A stretch of 24,927 nt of DNA from Octopus sinensis. Taxonomy: Eukaryota. The position numbers were made by a program, and so were the translations under genes. The notes below the pieces were generated by a model. That model was not told where the DNA came from. It saw only the letters and a list, made by a program, of their open reading frames with translations, and ran no database searches. Below, piece by piece: positions 1 through 10,827 of this stretch (positions within the stretch are counted from its first letter, which is position 1; each line of letters opens with the position of its first letter). The stretch is taken from the NCBI RefSeq assembly GCF_006345805.1, contig NW_021836233.1:1-24927 (forward strand), written 5' to 3'.

Positions 1-461
1 TGTTGTGGTGTTGGTGGAGGATCTCGACTCCTTACTTGTTTTTTCTAAACTACACCAGTCCCAAAAACACTGAACCATGACAGACTATCCAAGAAACAAA
101 AAATCCTTTTGATTCCACATTGCTCCTTCCCCCCACAAAACAGACGGTCACACTATCCTTTCAAATAGCAAACATTCTTTAGCTAAACACAAGATAGAAA
201 ATGTCAGACAGACAGGTCCGGTATTCCTCTCCAATTTTTTGTAAATTCTTAAATATATCTCCTTCTGTGTAAAGTTGGGGATTTTTTCCTCTGTCTTCCC
301 TTCTTTGGATCTTTCCTTTTCCTAAGTTTCTGACGAAGAGCTCCTCTCGAAACGTAAAACCCTCCTCCTTGCCTTCTTACCTGAGCGTCCAATAATACTA
401 TATTTGTTCCACGTCCTCGCGTCGTTGTGTTTTCTCTTTGTGTTTTTATGTTTGGATTAAC
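1..461 (+). mobile_element. Probable Penelope-like element terminal repeat (pLTR) remnant
   Basis: Contains a minimal hammerhead motif (326-360) of the kind carried by Penelope-like elements and ends at a (TA)n tract. No PLE protein is recognisable; boundaries are guessed. Confidence 0.45.
326..360 (+). ncRNA. Minimal type I hammerhead ribozyme motif (Penelope-type)
   Basis: gttt-CTGACGA-a-gag(ctcct)ctc-GAAA-c-GTA-aaac. Core CUGANGA 330-336, stem II gag/ctc, GAAA 349-352, loop-less palindromic stem III (ACGT), cleavage triplet GUA 354-356, stem I gttt/aaac. Confidence 0.7.
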
Positions 462-497
<36 letters not shown>

Positions 498-501
498 ATA
501 T
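462..501. repeat. (TA)n microsatellite
   Basis: Direct reading. Confidence 0.95.
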
Positions 502-552
502 AGCAATAATAATTCTCTAAATGAGATATAGACAGTGACTGCTCCATAATAT

Positions 553-886
553 AAGGGATATTAGCCAACCGAATATGGCTAGGGACAGGGCAGGGTGGTG
601 GGGGTGTCACTGTTGCATTTAGCCCCAGGCGAACATCAACGTCACCAGATAGGCCGACGCCATCACGGCGTCCTCTATCTTGTTGATAATAGGCAATACA
701 CCTTGAAACCTAGGTCCGTGTGTGGTATCCGCTTCTTGGTGAGTGATCTCCCTTTGCAAGATAGAGGACGCCGTGATGGCGTCGGCCTATCTGGTGACGT
801 TGATGTTCGCCTGGGGCTAAATGCAACAGTGACACCCCCACCACCCTGCCCTGTCCCTAGCCATATTCAGTTGGCTAATATCCCTT
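553..886. repeat. Near-perfect inverted repeat / foldback MITE-like element
   Basis: Arm 553-682 is the reverse complement of arm 757-886 (130 bp, one mismatch seen), with a 74-bp spacer. No clear target-site duplication. Confidence 0.92.
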
Positions 887-1069
887 CGTTAAGTAAATTA
901 CTCGCTTCTCCCCCCTCTGCTGAAATTCTGACCGTCCCTAAATTCCGACTGACACTTGTTCGCAGTGCCCCCCCCCACCACCACCAGTACCGGATATCTC
1001 TCTATTCTCTCCCCTCCCCCCTCTCTTTATTCCCCTCCCTTGTCCCTATGAAACGAAGTGAAGCAAAAA

Positions 1070-1181
1070 GCTGCTGCTGCTGTTGCTGCTGCCATACTAC
1101 TGCTGTTACCACTGCTTCTGCTGCTGCTGATAGTGATATTGCTGCTGCTACTACAACTGCTGCTGCTGCTGATGATGATGT
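1070..1181. repeat. Degenerate (GCT)n/(GAT)n trinucleotide tract
   Basis: gctgctgctgctgttgctgctgcc...gctgctgctgatgatgatg. Confidence 0.9.
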
Positions 1182-1269
1182 TGAATATTAGTGGTTGAAA
1201 ATAAACATAAAACAAACGTAGGAAAAAGAATGAAAAATCTAATAATAATTTAACATTACTTGAAAAGGT

Positions 1270-4200
1270 AGTGGGTAGCGAACTTCTTCACTACTTCTGG
1301 GAGTGACGACCCTGCCTGACACGAGTTCCGGGCTCAGCTGGCCCCGGCTGACAGTACCCGGTATGGGCCCCTATCCAGGGTTACGGAAAGGAGACAACCT
1401 TCAAAGAAATCCGGAGTGGAGCCCCGAAGGCGGTCTAGTGTTCGACTCGACACTCTTCCGGCAGATCCTGCAACCAAGCTGGTGCCAAACGTAATGCACT
1501 GCACTCCTTTGGACTATATCAGCAAGGTCGAGAGAGGAAACCTGACGATTGGGCTACCCAGGACTTTCTTACCTATAGCCCAGGCCTGCGCAAAACTGGA
1601 GAGGACACTTCAGTACTGCTGTAAAAAGCTGCAGAAACAACACGGGAGGTACCAGTCACGAGTGATAAGTCTATTCAGATTGGCGTAAAATATGGGCGCT
1701 ACGGGTTACCTCTGAGTGTGGGAGGGACCTCCGTGTCCTATTGGTTAGCTACTGCCCACCTCAAGCTGGGCAGACCCCAGTTAATAAGGTGCTGACCAGC
1801 CACAGGCCGCCTGCTTCATTGGGTGCTTGGAGCTAAGAGTATGACTTGAGAAGCGGCCTGCAACCTCTGCACCAGGCAAACAGCTAAACGTCAAGAAAAC
1901 ACCAGTCCTGCGGTTGGCAAGCTGGAATGTCAGGACCATGTGCCCTGGAATATCTGATGATCTACTCAGGGTTGAAGACACAAGGAAAACGGCCACCATT
2001 GACCGTGAACTAAAGAGGCTCAACATATACATTGCTGGGCTACAGGAGACAAGACTTTCCTCAAACGGCAAACTCAAAGAGCAGGATTTCACGTTCTTTT
2101 GGCAGGGAAGAGATCCAGAAGAACCTCGTCAACATGGCGTTGGCTTTGCAGTGAGAAACTCATTACTCTCCTCAATAGAACCACCATCAGGAGGCACTGA
2201 GCGTATCCTCTCACTGCGCCTCTCGACTTCTGGCTCAGTACATCTACTCAGCATCTATGCTCCCACTCTCTACAGCTCAGAGGAGACCAAGTACCAGTTC
2301 TACAAAGATCTCAACTGTGTCATAGAAAATATACCAACGACTGAAAATATCTACCTTCTGGGGGATTTTAACGCTCGCGTGGGATCTGACCATGATTCGT
2401 GGCCCATTTGTGTTGGACACTTTGGTATTGGCAACATGAATGACAATGGTCAGAGACTACTCGAATTCTGTACATACCACAACCTGTGCATCACAAACAC
2501 ATTCTTTACCAACAAGCCATCCCACAAGGGATCTTGGAGACATCCAGGATCTCACCACTGGCATCAGCTGGATCTCATCATTACACGGAGATCCTTCATG
2601 AATTCTAATCTATTGACCCGCAGTTACCACAGCGCGGATTGTGACACAGACCACTCACTAATTAGAAGTAGGGTGAGGATTCTACCTAAAAAAGTCCATC
2701 GCTCCAAGAAAGTGGGCCGACCACGCATTAACACTGCCAGAACCTCGGACCCTATACTGCGAAAATGTTTTGCTGCTTCTATCAAAGTTGCCCTCAGTGG
2801 CTGCCCAACCTCCTCTGCTGAAAGTAGGTGGAACTATATCAGGGAAGCTTTGTATACGACATCAATAGATACTTTCGGCATGAGAGAAAGGCAAAACCCA
2901 GATTGGTTCAATGCTGGGCTCTCAGAGCTGGAGCCAGTTATCGAAGCAAAGCGTGCAGCTCTGATGCAATACAAGAGTGACTCTTCTACAAAGTCACTCG
3001 AAGAACTCAGAAAGGCACGAAATAAAACCCAACTGACAGCCAGACGCTGTGCAAATAGGTATTGGCAGGAAATCTGCCAGAATATCCAGTCAGCTGCTGA
3101 CAGTGGCGACACCTGTGGGATGTATTCCGGTTTGAAGAAGGCCCTCGGTCCATCCGCAACCAAGTCAGCCCATCTGGAGATCTCATCAGGGATCAAGGCA
3201 AGCAAATGGATAGATGGGTGGAGCACTACCAGGATCTCTACTCACGGGAGACTACAGTGGCTGAGGCTGCAGTCGTGAGTGTCAAGATCTTGCCAGTCAT
3301 GTGCGAACTTGACAGTCCGCCTTCTATAGCAGAGCTCATCAAGGCTGTTGACTCCCTAGCAAGAAACAAGGCTCCGAGAAAAGACGGCATCCCCTCAGAG
3401 ATCATCAAAGCCGACAAAAACACCATCCTGCTTCGGCATCTTCATGAGCTTCTGTGTCAGTGCTGGGAAGAGGGTACAGTCCCTCAGGATATGTGGGATG
3501 CTAACATCATTACACTTTACAAACACAAAGGTGACCGTAGTGATTGTAACAATTACCGTGGAATATCTCTTCTAAGCACTGTTGGAAAGACCTTTGCCCG
3601 CGTTATCCTGGCCAGGCTACAACTACTTGCTTCTCGAATCTATCCGGAATCGCAGTGTGGCTTTAGAAGAAGCAGATCAACTATCGATATGATATTCTCC
3701 ATACGCCAACTTCAGAAGTCCAGAGAGCAGAAAATGCCATTATATATGGCCTTCATTGATCTAACAAAGGCCTTTGACTCGGTAAGCTCAAAAAAATCGG
3801 ATGTCCACCAAAGCTGCTGAGGATCATCAAGTCTTTCCATGATGACATGCAAGGCACCATACAGCACAACGGTTCAACATCAGCCGCCTTCCAAATAAAA
3901 ATCGGGGTAAAGCAAGGTTGTGTCCTCGCTCCTACATTATTTGGCATTGTCTTCTCGCTCTTGCTCTCACATGCCTTTCAGACATCAGATGATGGAGTGT
4001 TTCTGCACAGTAGAAGTGACAGGAAACTGTTCAATCTCTCGCGCCTGCGTGCCAAGACCAAAATCAGAAACGTCCTGATCAAGGAGATGCTATTTGCTGA
4101 TGATGCCACTCTGGTATCACACACAGAAGAAGCCCTCCAAAGGCTCATTAACTGTTTTGAGCAAGCATGTAACGACTTTGGCTTAGCTATCAGACTTAAG

Positions 4201-5108
4201 AAGACCAACATCATGGGTCTGGCTACATCGGACATCCCAAACATACATATTGGAGACCACAGATTACAGGAGGTGGAGAAGTTTACCTATCTAGGCTCTA
4301 CCATCACCTACAACCTATCCCTTGACGCTGAGCTCAATATACGCATTGGCAAGGCAATTGCTGCGATGGCCCAACTCTCCAAACGGGCATGGGACAACAA
4401 TAAGCTGACCAAGACCACGAAAATGAAGATCTACCAGGCATGTGTACTTATCACTCTACTGTATGGAAGTGAGACTTGGACGCTATACACACGCCAAGAG
4501 AGTCGCCTAAACATCTTTCACCTGCGCTGCCTCCGGAAAATCCTCCGCATCAAATGGCAGAATCATATCCCCAACAAAGATGTCCTCAAGCAAGCAGGAA
4601 TACCAAGCATGTTTGCACTCCTCACACAAAGACGTATGAGATGGCTTGAGCATGTTAGCCGTATGAAAGATGGCAGAATCCCCAAGGACATACTCTACGG
4701 AGAGCTTGCTAGGGGTACTAGGTCTGTGGGTAGACCGTTCTTACGTTACAAGGATGTTTGCAAAAGGGACATGAAGGCCTGCAACAACAATATTAGCAGT
4801 TGGGAAGCAATTGCCAGCAACCGTGGAGATTGGGGACGTACCGTAAAAGAGGGAATACCAAGGAGTGACAGAGAGAGAGAGAGGAGAAATGGAAAGACAA
4901 GAAAAGACGTCAACAAGAAACTATGACATTACAACCAGCCAGGAACAGTCTTTGATACATTTGCGGTACCTGCCAGAGGGAGTGTTTGTCCAGGATAGGA
5001 CTACACAGCCACAGCAGGAAATGTATCAGGATATGAAATATAAAAGCCGGACTGGACTATTTTATGCGCAACTCCATTGTCTCCCGAGACAAAAACGATG
5101 CCAACAAC
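1270..5108 (+). mobile_element. Near full-length RTE-clade non-LTR retrotransposon (LINE)
   Basis: GC-richer ~600-bp 5' leader, single APE-endonuclease + RT ORF, short 3' UTR ending in a caacaac tail. The 5' boundary is estimated from the composition shift. Confidence 0.92.
1845..5036 (+). pseudogene. RTE endonuclease/reverse transcriptase ORF, disrupted
   Basis: APE motifs SWNVRT, GLQET, YAPT, LGDFNARVG, LDLII, TDH. RT motifs NYRGISLL, QCGFR, FIDLTKAFD, GVKQGCVLAP, LFADD, FTYLGS, LLYGSETW. C-terminal CGTC..RIGLHSHSRKC (4962-5036). Frameshifts near 3190, 3787 and in the (GA)n run at ~4870-4882; in-frame TGA at 4953-4955. Confidence 0.93.
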
Positions 5109-5176
5109 ATACACATAAATACTGTTAACTAAAATAGTATTAAGAATCATTAAAATTAAGATAATATTAATTGTTA

Positions 5177-6080
5177 GGCAATCTTTCGTTTGTAGTAGCA
5201 CGTTTCCGTCGATTTCCGTAAAAAACTTTTATTTTTTTACATATGGCCTTGCGGGAACATTTGAAGTAATGAGAGCGAAAGAGACTAAGAGGAAGCGATT
5301 GTATGACGAGGGAATTTCTTTTGAAGTTATCAAAGCATTGATGTACATGTGTGTGTGTGTTTGATGGGGTGTGGGAGACAGACAGTATGTTGTGTAAGTG
5401 AAGTGCTTCTGTTAGTGTGTGTGAAGAGACAGAGAGAGTAATGTGTGAAAGAGAGAGATAACTGAAATTTTTTACTCGGTGTATGTGTAGATACATACAT
5501 AGATACATACACACACACATACATGCAGACATACATATACACATACACCGAGTAAAAAATTACACTGAATCGGCCATACATACATACATACACACATACA
5601 CACACACATACTTACACACACACACATAATTCAGACATACATATACGCATACACCGAGTAAAAAATTACACTGAATCGGCCATACATACATACATACACA
5701 CACACATACATAGATACATACACACACACACATACATGCATACACTCATACACCGAGTAAAGAATTTCAGTTATCTCTCTCTTTCACACATTACTCTCTC
5801 TGTCTCTTCACACACACTAACAGAAGCACTTCACTTACACAACATACTGTCTGTCTCCCACACCCCATCAAACACACACACACACACGTGCGCACACGCA
5901 CACACATGTACATCAATGCTTCGGTAACTTCAAAAGAAATTCCCTCGTCATAAAATCGCTTCCTCTTAGTCTCTTTCGCTCTCATTACTTCAAATGTTCC
6001 CGCAAGCCCATATGTAAAAAAATAAAAGTTTTTTACGGAAATCATCGACGGAAACGTGCTACTACAAACGAAAGATCGCC
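5177..6080. mobile_element. Non-autonomous DNA transposon with ~310-bp TIRs and 8-bp TSD (Merlin- or Mutator-like)
   Basis: 5177-5485 is the reverse complement of 5747-6080. Termini GGC...GCC. Exact flanking direct repeat aattgtta at 5169-5176 and 6081-6088. GG termini with an 8-bp TSD fit Merlin (inference). Confidence 0.88.
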
Positions 6081-6720
6081 AATTGTTAATACAACGAAAA
6101 GGGTTGGAAGGGTAATTCGTAATATACAAAAAAGAGGGGCCTAAAAGGGTAGAAAGACGTAAGGGCAAAGGCAAAGGTTGGAAAATATTGAGATAAAATT
6201 TATAAGAATGGTATTAACTCAAAACATAGATTTACCATAACCAGTGTAAAGAAGATGTAGGTTATTTGCATAAGATACATAATTAAAAATTACACCACAT
6301 ATTCCGTAAACAATCAGAAGACTAGGAAACCGTCCAGATATCAACACTTGTAAATTTTATCTGAATATTTTCCAACAGTAATCAGACACAAAAACAGGAG
6401 TAAAGAGGGAGGACAATTTATTAAATGAACCCCTGGATATTACTGGTACAGATTTTGACCCCAGGAGTTGAACTTGGAACACAAACGGATCAAAGTAAGG
6501 GGATGATTCTGCATTTAGCCCAGGGCCAGACGAAAGAGTAAAATTTCAAGAGAAGGCGGGGTGAGGTGTTTTACATGGAATGAAAGGAAGAAGCGAGAGG
6601 ATTTGAACCTGTAACGTTGAGGTAACGAAGGATGAGATGAAGTAAAGAATCCAGTCATGTAACAACAACAACAACAATAATTATGATGATTAATTAATGA
6701 AGTTAGATTACAGTGTCATT

Positions 6721-6748
6721 AGAGTGAGAGAGAGAGAGAGAGAGAGAG
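6721..6748. repeat. (GA)n microsatellite
   Basis: Direct reading. Confidence 0.9.
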
Positions 6749-6856
6749 CGGTGAAGCATGACGACCCATGGTGGGATTATGACATGAATGACTCGAAACA
6801 AGAAAACAAACATTAAAGAAACAGATTTGGATAATCCAAATCCATTGGGGACTTAC

Positions 6857-7212
6857 TTTCGAACTGCCAGATGTAGAGGGGTGTCACCCTTTTTGTTCAT
6901 CTAATAGACATCGATGCCATTCTGTTGCAGAAAATCAACAATTTCCGTGCGTCTACTTTCAGAGGCAATATGGAGAGGGGTGTCACCTTGCTTGGTCACA
7001 GCATTAACATCCGTGCCATTCTGTTGCAGGAGAAGTTCAACAATGTTTATGCCTCCATATTTACAGGCAAAATGGAGAGCTGTCCAATCTTCATTATCCA
7101 CAGCTTTAACATCCGTGCCATTATGTTGCAGGAGAAGTTCAACAATATTTTTGCATGGAAAACGACAGGCTAAATGGAGAGCACTCCGACCCTTATTATT
7201 TCTCTGATTAAC
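6857..7212 (-). CDS. Ankyrin-repeat protein, coding exon 4 (in-frame TAG at 6903-6901)
   Basis: Acceptor tttttag|, phase 0. Reads VNQRNNKGRSALHLAC...WTALHFAC...GDTPLHIAS...GIDVY*MNKKGDTPLHLAVR. Donor aa|gtaagt, phase 2. Confidence 0.88.
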
Positions 7213-7968
7213 CTAAAAAAGATAAACAATAAAGACATTAAAGATGGTGTTTATTGGGGGAAGAAGGAACAAAAATGAAAAATGTCAGAAAAAAAGAATC
7301 AGATTAATTTAAACAAGTGGAATGAAGGTGGGGGGAAAATAAATGAGATTTATAATGTTTCTATACACACACACATATGTGTATGCATATATATATATAT
7401 ATACACTCTCGCACATACATATATACATAAATACCTATATATACATACGTGTTTTATATCTTCACTGATCATTTGTTTATGCATTTTTGTGTATATATGC
7501 GTTTATGTGTGTGTATATTTGTGTATGTATGTACAGGTCTGTGTGAGCTGAAGAAAAGTTTTTAATTAAAAAAATATAAACTGTTTCGAGAAACTGGCGA
7601 ACAAATAATTTCAGTTTTGTGAGACCAACTCCGAAAGACCACTCGGATTTTTCAATGAAATTTAGCAGAAATCCAACCTTTTCAATGTTGTGGCAAAGAA
7701 TTATGTGTGGATTGTGGGAAAGAAAGTGGAAAAGTGTGTGTTGAGGGTGGAAGGGTATTGATCTGCAACTTATCAAAGATATTTCATTACCATAATCATT
7801 ATCTACACACAAGGAAATGAGCAACTTTTATTTAAAAGATATAAATCGTCAATAATGAAGAAACAAAATTTGGGGCACTAAACTGTATGTATACATCATA
7901 TACATATAACACAAACAAACATACATATCATTATACACACACACATATATATATATATATTCGCTGAC

Positions 7969-8125
7969 CAGTAAATTGTTATTTTCTTTGCTGTTTAACA
8001 GGACTTTGACTACATCTTCATATTTATTCCTCACAGCCAGATGTAGAGGTGTGTTGCCCCATTTGTCCTGCTTATTAACATTTGCTCCTATGGAAAGTAA
8101 CAAGGCCACAACATCCGCTTGCTTG
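7969..8125 (-). CDS. Ankyrin-repeat protein, coding exon 3
   Basis: Acceptor ttcctttcag|, phase 2 matching exon 2. Reads KQADVVALLLSIGANVNKQDKWGNTPLHLAVRNKYEDVVKVLLNSKENNNLL. Donor ctg|gtcagc, phase 0 matching exon 4. Confidence 0.88.
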
Positions 8126-8246
8126 CTGAAAGGAAGAAAAACAAAGATAAAACATCACATTCACTTAATAATCACATCAATATACACTCGTGTTCCATTA
8201 AATGCATAAAAACCTATGTATACTACAGCCTCGTGTGTGTATATAT

Positions 8247-8285
<39 letters not shown>

Positions 8286-8340
8286 TATATATATATATAA
8301 TATATATATATATAATATGTGCAAATATTTATGTATGTAA

Positions 8341-9054
8341 AGGCAAACCTACACAAATGTGCCCCAGATGAATGTTTCCTTGTAACTTCTAGAAAAATGG
8401 ATGTTTTTCAATGAAATTTCTTTCACAAATCCTTCAGATGGCAAATATTCCAATTATATCGGAATTTGTTGTGAGAAAAACCTTTTCGGTGGGTGGAGAG
8501 AGAAATTTAGGAAAGTTCACCCGAGTCGGCTTTCTTTCCCAAAAACATAGATATTTTCAAATGAAATTTTCAATAAAACCGTTTCAGATTGTGAAGATTT
8601 CGATTATATCGGAATTTAATATGAAGAAAATTATAAAAATTGGTGGATTCGCACAGATATACACTGACACAAAACAGAAAATAAAAAGATGAACTTTGGG
8701 AAAATAAGCGTGATGTGTCAGTATGTATGTGTGCGAACCATCAAATTTTTAAAGTTTTTTCATGTTAAATTCCGATATAATCCTAATCTACACCATTGGA
8801 AGGGATTGTAGAAATTTTCACAGAAACAAAATATCCACTTTTCTGAAAGTTATAGAAAAACAAAACGGATTTGGGTGAATTTTGATAAAGTCAACTCCTC
8901 AATGTTTGAAAATTTTTTTACAACAATTTCCGATATAATTGGAATCTTCATCATCTGAAGCATTTTTGTCAAAGAAATTTCATTAAAAAATATCCATTTG
9001 TCTAAAAGTTATAAGGAAACAATTCGTCGTGGGGCCAGTTGTGTAGGTATGCCT
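8341..9054. mobile_element. Diverged foldback/TIR element (almost entirely palindromic) in ankyrin intron
   Basis: aggcaaacctacacaaatgtgcccc mirrors ggggccagttgtgtaggtatgcct. The internal unit (aatgaaattt...attatatcggaattt) occurs twice per arm and is mirrored. Confidence 0.8.
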
Positions 9055-9097
9055 ATACATATGCACGCATATATATACTATATATATATAATATATT

Positions 9098-9128
<31 letters not shown>

Positions 9129-9490
9129 GAAGAGAGAGAGAGAGAGAGAAATATATGAGCAACTGAAATGTGTATATCATGAATGTAATCGTAATATACA
9201 GCAAACAAATGTGTGTGTATATACATATATTAATAGCTGAAGGTATAATGTATACATATTTTCGACCCAGCAAGACCATCTTGAGTTTAGTTTATACATC
9301 CCACAATGTATAGCTTCTTCTCATGTCTACAAATACTGCATTTAGCAGAATATACACACATATTAGAGAGATCGTCACAGATATATAACTATATAATGAA
9401 GGAAAATCGTTTTGTGAAAGAGAGAATGTCTGACAATTATAGACAAACTGATCGAAGGCAGATTTCTCATCAATCCAAAAAAACAACAAC

Positions 9491-9888
9491 GGATTCTTCC
9501 TTTTGACCGGCACTGTCAACACAATTTCTAGTTAACTAAACACTTTTAAACTTCGTATACTGGTAGAATGTGTTTATAAAACATCATTTTTTCTTGGCTT
9601 TATTGAGAAAATTCTCTATTTTGTAAGATATTTCCACTTTAATTTCAAGCATTTCGGCAATTTTAACCAATCGCTGGAGTCTGTTTGGAGTGAAAACATT
9701 CCGTGCTGTATGAATATGTCCCTCGTTTAAGAAACAGATTGGGTTTATTTACATTTGCGAAGAAAAAAAGATACCCTTCCCCTAACCCTGACTCACCCTA
9801 ACTCTAACCCTAAATCTAAAATAGATTGAAATGCAATAGATCGATACTAGGGTTATAATTATGGGTGACGATTTCATACGACACCGCT
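9491..9888. repeat. Interspersed repeat copy 1 with internal CCCTAA-like array (possibly a non-autonomous Helitron/Helentron-type element)
   Basis: 9491-9782 aligns by eye with 16145-16438. Degenerate ccctaaccct array at ~9779-9815. The class assignment is inference only. Confidence 0.75.
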
Positions 9889-9979
9889 ACGGAAAATGGG
9901 ATTTTTTCGAGCAGTGTCAAATGAAAATGTCACCCATAATTATAACCCTAGTATCGATCTATTGCATTTCAATCTATTT
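9819..9979. repeat. Inverted repeat, ~70-bp arms
   Basis: 9819-9869 is the exact reverse complement of 9929-9979; pairing extends imperfectly to 9888/9910. Confidence 0.9.
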
Positions 9980-10380
9980 ACAGATTATTTACTGCCATAA
10001 CAAGCTATAGGATCTTTCTTCTTGTTTTAGATCTCAAATAACATTTTTTTGGAGAAAAAATTGATCGATTTCTCCCAAATCAATATCAAGAAAGGACACT
10101 GAATCACACAGGGTCAATCTTAGAACTGTGGGATCTCAAAGAATATCTCCAAAACAAAAAGAATCTGTTACGACAAGAAATGATGAAAAAGATTTTTGTG
10201 ATTCAATGAAGAGGATTCATGGAGAAAATGAGAAAAAGATGTTATTTGGTTACTACTATCATGTTGTTATCGTGTCACACTGCCACTATTATGGTATCTT
10301 TGGATATTCAATTTGTCTGGAATTGCAAGAAATTTTGAAACAAAAGCAGATCTGAAGATTTTAGTTAATTCAAGCCTTAC

Positions 10381-10535
10381 TTCTCCACTGCATAATGCAA
10401 TGCTGTCCACTTCTTGTCTTCGTCGCTGATGTTGAGATCAGCGCCAGATTCTGTCAATAAGGTTATTAACTCTTTATTGCCTTGTTCACAGGCAGCCATA
10501 AGAACCGTAACACCTTTTGAATTTTTCCTGTTGAC
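10381..10535 (-). CDS. Ankyrin-repeat protein, coding exon 2
   Basis: Polypyrimidine acceptor ttctcttcag|, phase 0. Reads VNRKNSKGVTVLMAACEQGNKELITLLTESGADLNISDEDKKWTALHYAVE. Donor aa|gtaagg, phase 2. Confidence 0.9.
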
Positions 10536-10827
10536 CTGAAGAGAAGAAAGAGAAGACATGTGAAATATATTAAAGACGAGAGAGAGAGAGAGGAGAGAAG
10601 AGAGAGAGAGAGGAGAGAAGAGAGAGTAAAGAAGATGCAGGAGTGAAAAAAAGGAATACGAAAGAGAAATAAAGATAAACACAGACACACACAAATGCAT
10701 GCACACACACACACATACGCCCACAGACACACACACACACACACACATCATGTTGTAGGGGTTTACTCAGCCAGAGTTTGCCCTTATTTAGAGTTACACT
10801 CCTCCTAGATGAGTCAGGAGACCTTGT

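Noticed and set aside
595-1191. 198-aa ORF
   Set aside because: Runs through the inverted repeat and the GCT microsatellite; GTG start and no recognisable domain.
1199-1213. Target-site duplication of the RTE (ataaacataaaac vs atacacataaata near 5109)
   Set aside because: Mismatched, low complexity and not adjacent to the apparent 5' end.
2834-4244. Minus-strand ORFs within the RTE
   Set aside because: Antisense shadows of the RTE coding sequence.
5542-5760. CRISPR-like spaced direct repeats
   Set aside because: Eukaryotic context, spacers are microsatellite, only 2-3 units inside a DNA transposon, no cas genes.
6090-6850. Next phase-2 ankyrin exon
   Set aside because: No ankyrin-coding segment with a suitable acceptor found here or in 1-1270; it is either outside the window or lost.
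9779-9815. Telomeric repeat
   Set aside because: Only a few degenerate units internal to an interspersed repeat.
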